Virus record (IMG/VR): IMGVR_UViG_3300008107_000405
Coordinates: 1 to 27,999 of that record
Reading direction: 5' to 3' (one strand)
DNA length: 27,999 nucleotides
Source: a virus
Taxonomy: Duplodnaviria; Caudoviricetes
The position numbers and the translations under genes were made by a program. Shown in pieces: positions 18,993 through 25,434 of the stretch. The notes below the pieces were generated by a model. The model saw nothing but the letters and a program-made list of their open reading frames with translations, was not told the DNA's origin and did not search any database. How positions within the stretch are numbered: position 1 is the first letter of the stretch; each line of letters begins with the position of its first letter.

Positions 18993-21133
18993 TGTCAATT
19001 TGTAGTCTAATATATAGTGCAAGTGTTACCGGTGATTGTAGTAATACTGGAGTTGGAAGTTTTTTAATTGATATAATTGGTTCAGCTCCTGATTACACAA
19101 TAACTTGGGTCAATCCTACATATGGTACTATACCTTTATCTCCTGGTCAAACGACTTATGAGTTAAGTGGTTTATTGGCTGACACATATGTTTTTTATAT
19201 TAATGACTCTTGTTTACCATCATCAACATCTGTATTGGTAAGTATCCCAATTTCAAGTGGAACTTGTTGTTCAATCGAACACCAAAATACTTTGTGTGGA
19301 TTAGATAACGGTTCAATAACTGCGACGACATCTAATTTTTACGGTAATGCTAGCTTTTATTTATATGAAACAACAGATGGATATATAACATCAGGTAATA
19401 GTTTAACCCAAAATTATACATTTACTAATTTATCCGCTGGAACATATTACGTTGTTGCAAATGATGGAGGCGGATGTACAGGTTCAAGTCAAAGTTGTAT
19501 TGTAAAATCATCAACAACGGTTAGTTTTGGATTATACGTTGTTAATGATTCAGGTTGTTCACCCGGTTTGGGTAAGATATATATTACGGGATTAACAGGT
19601 AATCCACCATTTTCTTATTTGTGGTCAAATGGTGAGACTACTAATTTTATTTCAGGTTTAACTTCAGGTTCTTATTCAGTCACAGTTACTGATGGTACGG
19701 GTTGTTCACAAGGACTTGGTACTTTAGTTAATTTTGTTTCACCATTAGGATTAGGGTCTTTAATGTCAGTAAGTCCAACTTGTTTTAATTCGGATGGTGA
19801 ATTAACGGTAACAGTGACTGGAGGTACCGCACCATATTATTTTTCAGGGTTTAACGGTGATAGTTCAATTACTTTTAGTAATTCATATACGTTTACTAAT
19901 TTAAGTAGCGGGTACTTTGGTGTATATGTAGTTGACGCAGGATTATGTACGTTAAATACTGGAACATCTATTTTAACACCTGGTGGGTTTAGTTTGGTAT
20001 CTTTAACAACAAGTGATTCAATTTGTGGTAATAATGTGGGGAGTATTAATATTACATTACTTGGAGGTTCACCACCGTATGTCTATTCAATTACTGGTAC
20101 ATCAGGTAATATTACGACAATTAGTTCATCAAGTCCTGATTATAATTTTATAGGATTATCTGCGGATACTTATTCGTTACAAATTTCAGATAATGGTCCA
20201 TGTGTATACAATGATATAATTACGATTAATAGTGTTAATAGTATTGAGTTGTACTATAATGTGACTGGAACAACATGTGAATTAAATAACGGTTCTATTG
20301 AACTTTATTTAAATGGAGGTACAAGTCCATATACATATGATATAAATGGTAGTTTAATTGTCACAACTCAAAGTGCGGTAACGTTTACTAATCTATATTC
20401 AGGAACTTATTTAGCAACTGTTACAGATAATACAGGTTGTACAATTAATGAATGGGTTAATGTAACAAATACTTCAAATATTGATTTTATTTTATCAGGT
20501 GTTGACCCATCAAATGGAAATGATGGTTCAATATCTGTATTCATAACAGATGGTACTCCACTTTTTAATATTGTTTGGAGTAATAATGTTAACGGGCAAA
20601 CAGGATTGACAGTTAGTAATTTAACTGCGGGTACTTATACTGTAACGATTACTGATAGTTATAATTGTACTTTATCTAGAACAATAGATTTAATTGGTTA
20701 TAATAACTTAGTATCTTACGAAGTTTTCAATATATGTGATTCAACATTTAATAACAATGGTATAAATACTAGAAAAGGACCTCAACAAATGTTAAATGAG
20801 GGATTTTACGATTTAACAAATGATGATTCAATATGTATTTTAAATAATGCTATTTTTATTGCTCAAGTTTCCGTAAGTGGTATTACTACCTCACAATCTT
20901 TTTATACTGGTTACACTTTAAATGATTATCCGTCAGATAACCAATTTTATGATGTTGTAACAACATTAATTGAGGCGTTTCCAGGTATTGACAATGTTAT
21001 TGTTGACCCTATAAATAATTTAATTACAATAAATGCAGGATGTACTGACCAAACTATAAGTTTCTCAGATGTTTCGGTAATAATTACATTGAAAATTAAT
21101 TACGATATTTCTTGTGTTGAATGTGCACCATAA
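18992..21133 (+). CDS. SprB-repeat (Ig-like) protein, putative tail fibre / adhesin (713 aa)
   Basis: About seven repeats of roughly 75-80 aa of the form C-xxx-G-S-I-x-[VL]-xxx-GG-x-x-PY-x-Y...F-T-[NG]-L-x-[AS]-G-x-Y-x-V-x-V-x-D-xx-GC. No signal peptide or T9SS C-terminal domain was recognised. Confidence 0.8.
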   Translation: MSICSLIYSASVTGDCSNTGVGSFLIDIIGSAPDYTITWVNPTYGTIPLSPGQTTYELSGLLADTYVFYINDSCLPSSTSVLVSIPISSGTCCSIEHQNTLCGLDNGSITATTSNFYGNASFYLYETTDGYITSGNSLTQNYTFTNLSAGTYYVVANDGGGCTGSSQSCIVKSSTTVSFGLYVVNDSGCSPGLGKIYITGLTGNPPFSYLWSNGETTNFISGLTSGSYSVTVTDGTGCSQGLGTLVNFVSPLGLGSLMSVSPTCFNSDGELTVTVTGGTAPYYFSGFNGDSSITFSNSYTFTNLSSGYFGVYVVDAGLCTLNTGTSILTPGGFSLVSLTTSDSICGNNVGSINITLLGGSPPYVYSITGTSGNITTISSSSPDYNFIGLSADTYSLQISDNGPCVYNDIITINSVNSIELYYNVTGTTCELNNGSIELYLNGGTSPYTYDINGSLIVTTQSAVTFTNLYSGTYLATVTDNTGCTINEWVNVTNTSNIDFILSGVDPSNGNDGSISVFITDGTPLFNIVWSNNVNGQTGLTVSNLTAGTYTVTITDSYNCTLSRTIDLIGYNNLVSYEVFNICDSTFNNNGINTRKGPQQMLNEGFYDLTNDDSICILNNAIFIAQVSVSGITTSQSFYTGYTLNDYPSDNQFYDVVTTLIEAFPGIDNVIVDPINNLITINAGCTDQTISFSDVSVIITLKINYDISCVECAP

Positions 21134-21149
21134 AAATTAAGAAAACAAA

Positions 21150-22490
21150 ATGATATTAAAAAATGAACCAACATCCTATTTGACGGCAAACACTGAATGT
21201 GGCGTTGTTTATACATTTCAAAATGAATGTGAACCAATTACATTATATCCATTAGGTGTTGAATGTATTGTAACAGATGCTACTCAAATTGGTAATTCGG
21301 ATGGTTCAATTTTTTTAACTGTGACAGGAGGTACTCCACCTTATTTTATAGTTTGGGATGATAAAAACATTGGACCATATATTAATAATTTGGCGGCAGG
21401 TACATATACTGCGGTAGTTGTGGATTATTATGGTGATTTCTCAAGTACAACGACTTGTACAGTTTTACAACCAACATTACCACCGACACCAACCCCAACA
21501 CCCACACCATCACCTTTACCAAATACTATAGATTTTTGTTTACAATTGAAATTAAAAAATTGTACAATAACTAATTTACATTTTAACCCAAACGGTTCAT
21601 TTAATGGACAATACGCTTGGATTGATGATACCCTCGTTTATTCAATTTATTGGGATGGTGATAAATGGGTGTTAGATAGTTGGAGTTGTTATACTGTGAT
21701 TAATAATAATCCTACCTCACCACCAATTACAGGATGGTCAATTTTAGGAACAACAGGTTCTGTAACAGGGTATTTAGGTCCTTGTAACCCATCGACATCA
21801 CTTCAAATGAAAGTCATGTCAAATGACCCGACAAAAGGTTCTGATGGTAATCCTCCGTATTTATATTCTATTGACGGAGGAACTTCATATCAAGTATCAC
21901 CTATATTTAAAGGGTTGAAATCAGGAGTATATGCGGTACAAAGTCAAGATTCAAGTGGTAATACTGTGTATGATTCTGTTACTTTGAAAAACCCACCATT
22001 ATCAACTACTTATTCGGTTTCTCTTAAAACAACTTCAAGAATTTTATCTTATACATTAACAACATACTCAGTAGAATATACAACGACAATTGATGTATCA
22101 CCGGCATTACCAAGTGGCGTAACAATTAATTTTGATTTAGTACACACTAATGACTCTGAAGTTTCACCTTCACTTACATCGTCAACAATCTCAACGAGTA
22201 GTGTTTTAACTAAAAACATGGTAATTGTTCCACAAACAACAACTGTAACAACAGGTGAGACGGCAAATACTTTAGTTTTATGTGGTTCACAAACAATTTA
22301 TTTAACTTCTGAAACTGATTCGTGGAATTCTCAAAGTTTAAATAATACTGATAGTTTATATATTACAACAACTACAACTAAAATAAGGAATACTAATGAT
22401 ATTTGTTATTTATCTAATTCAAATGATACGTACTCTATTTATAATGTGACTATTTTGGGATGTAGTCCATGTAATGTGATTGTTACTTAA
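21150..22490 (+). CDS. SprB-repeat protein with a Pro/Thr linker and Thr/Ser-rich C-terminal domain (446 aa)
   Basis: SDGSIFLTVTGGTPPYFIVW..INNLAAGTYTAVVVD, then PTPTPTPTPSP, then a second repeat NPPYLYSIDGGTSYQVSPIFKGLKSGVYAV. C-terminal CSPC. Confidence 0.75.
   Translation: MILKNEPTSYLTANTECGVVYTFQNECEPITLYPLGVECIVTDATQIGNSDGSIFLTVTGGTPPYFIVWDDKNIGPYINNLAAGTYTAVVVDYYGDFSSTTTCTVLQPTLPPTPTPTPTPSPLPNTIDFCLQLKLKNCTITNLHFNPNGSFNGQYAWIDDTLVYSIYWDGDKWVLDSWSCYTVINNNPTSPPITGWSILGTTGSVTGYLGPCNPSTSLQMKVMSNDPTKGSDGNPPYLYSIDGGTSYQVSPIFKGLKSGVYAVQSQDSSGNTVYDSVTLKNPPLSTTYSVSLKTTSRILSYTLTTYSVEYTTTIDVSPALPSGVTINFDLVHTNDSEVSPSLTSSTISTSSVLTKNMVIVPQTTTVTTGETANTLVLCGSQTIYLTSETDSWNSQSLNNTDSLYITTTTTKIRNTNDICYLSNSNDTYSIYNVTILGCSPCNVIVT
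21471..21521 (+). repeat. Pro-Thr coding low-complexity repeat (PTLPPTPTPTPTPSPLP)
   Basis: Degenerate ccNacN hexamer repeat. Confidence 0.8.
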
Positions 22491-22507
22491 AAAAATTAAA
22501 AAAAGGA

Positions 22508-22514
22508 TATTTAT
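22508..22514 (+). promoter_or_regulatory. TATTTAT element (candidate phage late promoter)
   Basis: 5 nt before ATG 22520 in a 29-nt gap. Confidence 0.45.
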
Positions 22515-22519
22515 ACACG

Positions 22520-24925
22520 ATGGGATATATTTTAAAAAATACTGCAGGATTAATAAATTCAAGATTAACTGACACTGGCAGATTAAAGTTGTCACAAGGA
22601 AATTTTAATATTTCATACTTCCAAATTGGGGATAGCGAAGTTTCATACAACACACTTCCAAGTACCTATAATCAGTATGATACTATGATTTTAGAACCTA
22701 ACTATAATTCTCAAAATTCATCATATTATCCTGAAACTAACAAACAATACGTAAAATATCCTTATTTTGTTGCGGGTACTAAAGGTAATACTTACGGTAT
22801 ACCGTTTATGGATTCATATGTGAGCCCTGTTTATAATAGGGCTGCAATGAGAGGATTTTTTACAGGTGATTTAACTGCAACAACTATTGATTGGAGTGCT
22901 AGAACAAATAGTAGTTATGTAATTAATTCTAACTACATTGTTGATATGACAACATTAACTGGTGGTACAACAATAAAACTTATATATTCAGGTTGTAATA
23001 CTGATATTGTTAGATTACCACAAGTTGGTGATTTAGTTACAATTTATTATGACGGTGGTCAAGTTAGTAATAGTTGTTATTGTGAATCTCCAACACCTAC
23101 TCCAACACCATATGCTAGTTCGACACCAAGTGCAACTCCATTACCCTCATTACCACCTTGTGATACACCAACTCCGACACCAACACCTTCGTCAACAATT
23201 TGTTTATCACCGACACCAAAAAATTATTGTACACCAACACCAAAACCTGAATGTGTAGTTGATATTACTAATTGTTACCCTGTATTGACTTATCGAATTG
23301 TCTCAATATGTCTAAATGAAGTAACATTAGATAGAGCAACACCTGATTATAGTATATTTTTACCGGGTTGTTACGGAAGAGCAATAATCTACCCATCAAC
23401 AATGACTGAAATCTATGACAGTTTAACTCCAAGTCCACATTGGAGAGATGATGTTATTAATTTTGAATCAATTTGCGATACGGACCAATTTGATGTTAAA
23501 ATTTGGAATATGAATATTCCTTGGTCTGAAAATCCTGCAGGATTAATTTCAAATAGTTATGAAGATTATACTCAGTTTGGGTCAATTAACTATTTGGGGT
23601 CTAAAGAGTATTTTGGATATTCATCATCTTCAGGACAAACTGATACTGACTCTGTTTATTTCTTTAACTCTTTTTCTGACAAAATAGTGGTGACACCTGA
23701 AGAACAAAAATCTATTGCGATTGTTCATTATACAAATCAAACTATTGATAATTTTTATGGTGAAAAATTTGCATTAGAACCTTATGATGTTTCTAATCCT
23801 AATGATACGACAGGACAAGCTAGGAACTTTAGAGTTCATTTGCCTTGGTTAATGTGGCATAAGTCGCCAATTTGTTGTAGTGGTCAAACATTTTGGGTTG
23901 ACCCGCCTGGATTTGAACAACTTAATTTATTTGAAGTTCATTATTTGGAGTCAGATAAAAATACTGATATGAATTTACCTGGACATAGGTATTATCATTT
24001 ATGGGATACTAATATTAATATTAATGGTTATCCTAATAGAGTCGGAAAGGTATTCCCTGATGATAAGATTATAATTTTTGATGATGAGGAAATCATTGCG
24101 GCAATGTCATATAAGTCTAATCGAAATTGGACATTACCGGCACCGAGAGTTTCATTAATTACTCCAAATACATGTGGAAATGAAAATCCAGTAAATGATG
24201 GTATTTTAAGTGCTAATACCGAATATCTTTATGTTACTTATAGATTGGGTAACAGTAGTGGTTTTACTAATTATCTTCACTGTAACTATTATATGAAGAT
24301 GCAAGGACCTAATCTTGATTGTACAATAACTGATTCACAGAACGTTGCCGTAAGATTTGGAACTGAGTTTTCTTGTTTAAATTATATTGAAGAAATTCCT
24401 GCAACTCTAACAGGATTTGTTGCAGATACTTTTGAAATATTGGTACAAAAGGTTGAAGGGGATATTAGACCAAATTCTGCTGAGTGGAAAGTGATAGATT
24501 TTTCTGACTCTTTATCCGCAACAACTATTAATGGGTATATTACCCAAGATAGTTTAACAGGAAATACATTTGTAATAACACAAGATTTGTACGATTCCGC
24601 TCCAACATATGACTTAAGTGATTATATTGATTTAACCCCACAAGGTGCAACAGGACAAACTTTGAATTTTGGGGATGAGTATTATTTTTATGGTTCATTA
24701 GAAACAGATATTGAAGCAACAATTTATGAAATGAGATATAAAATAAATTTAGGTCAAGCTGAATTCCAAAGTACTACTAACCCAACATGGTTACCTGGTA
24801 CTAAATCATACATTACAGAAATTGGTCTTTATGATTCTGAAAAAAATCTAATGATTGTGTCTAAAATGCAATCACCAATTTTAAGAACAGGTATACAACA
24901 GTTCTTAGTAAAGTTTGATTTTTAA
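22520..24925 (+). CDS. Putative tail-collar / fibre-attachment protein with a Cys-punctuated Pro/Thr linker (801 aa)
   Basis: N-terminal LTDTGRLKLSQG.FNISYFQIGD and C-terminal YITEIGLYDSEKNLMIVSK..PI resemble the two ends of the tail-collar fibre (DUF3751-like) domain. Confidence 0.6.
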   Translation: MGYILKNTAGLINSRLTDTGRLKLSQGNFNISYFQIGDSEVSYNTLPSTYNQYDTMILEPNYNSQNSSYYPETNKQYVKYPYFVAGTKGNTYGIPFMDSYVSPVYNRAAMRGFFTGDLTATTIDWSARTNSSYVINSNYIVDMTTLTGGTTIKLIYSGCNTDIVRLPQVGDLVTIYYDGGQVSNSCYCESPTPTPTPYASSTPSATPLPSLPPCDTPTPTPTPSSTICLSPTPKNYCTPTPKPECVVDITNCYPVLTYRIVSICLNEVTLDRATPDYSIFLPGCYGRAIIYPSTMTEIYDSLTPSPHWRDDVINFESICDTDQFDVKIWNMNIPWSENPAGLISNSYEDYTQFGSINYLGSKEYFGYSSSSGQTDTDSVYFFNSFSDKIVVTPEEQKSIAIVHYTNQTIDNFYGEKFALEPYDVSNPNDTTGQARNFRVHLPWLMWHKSPICCSGQTFWVDPPGFEQLNLFEVHYLESDKNTDMNLPGHRYYHLWDTNININGYPNRVGKVFPDDKIIIFDDEEIIAAMSYKSNRNWTLPAPRVSLITPNTCGNENPVNDGILSANTEYLYVTYRLGNSSGFTNYLHCNYYMKMQGPNLDCTITDSQNVAVRFGTEFSCLNYIEEIPATLTGFVADTFEILVQKVEGDIRPNSAEWKVIDFSDSLSATTINGYITQDSLTGNTFVITQDLYDSAPTYDLSDYIDLTPQGATGQTLNFGDEYYFYGSLETDIEATIYEMRYKINLGQAEFQSTTNPTWLPGTKSYITEIGLYDSEKNLMIVSKMQSPILRTGIQQFLVKFDF
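23090..23248 (+). repeat. Pro-Thr/Ser coding repeat interrupted by cysteines
   Basis: Encodes PTPTPTPYASSTPSATPLPSLPPCDTPTPTPTPSSTICLSPTPKNYCTPTPKP. Confidence 0.8.
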
Positions 24926-25000
24926 TTTGTTTAACTTAAATAGCTTTACTATTTTCACATCTTTACGAATTTTATATAAAATAATATTCTATAGGTGTAA

Positions 25001-25429
25001 AGTGAGATTTTTAAAACAAAACTAATTCAATATAAAGATTTAGGTATTACTAAAGTTATTATTGAAGAACCATTGTTGAACAGTAATAACGTTTATACTA
25101 TTCAAACATTATTAAGATTTAACACTTTAATTACTAAACAAATCTATGATGTTTTGGGTATTGTACCTGAATATATCTCAACATATAACTCAAGAAAATT
25201 TGCATTCCCTGAATTAGTCCAAAAAAACGATAAAAACAAAATGGTCTTATTTGGAGGACACCCAAAAGATTGTGATAAGAAACAAATAATTTGGGATTTA
25301 GTTGCAAAAAAAGAACCACAAATTCAGTGGCAATATACAAAAAACAATACTCTTAAGAAAGAAAATTTTGACCAAACTGATGCTTATACCTGTGTTTTAG
25401 GTTTTATGAATCAGGAAAATATTTGGTAA
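25001..25429 (+). pseudogene. RuvC-like Holliday junction resolvase lacking its N-terminus
   Basis: The frame is open from 25001 (after TAA 24998-25000) and reads SEIFKTKLIQYKDLGITKVIIEEPLLNS...KENFDQTDAYTCVLG. The VIIEE and DxxDA acidic motifs are present. No start codon precedes VIIEE and no G-x-D first catalytic strand was found upstream. Confidence 0.65.
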
Positions 25430-25434
25430 AAATA

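Noticed and set aside
3626-24925. Bacterial contractile injection system (eCIS/T6SS/tailocin) rather than a phage
   Set aside because: It is flanked by phage-type replication genes (nrdAB, resolvase) with no cellular genes, and the wedge protein is of the long T4 gp6 type.
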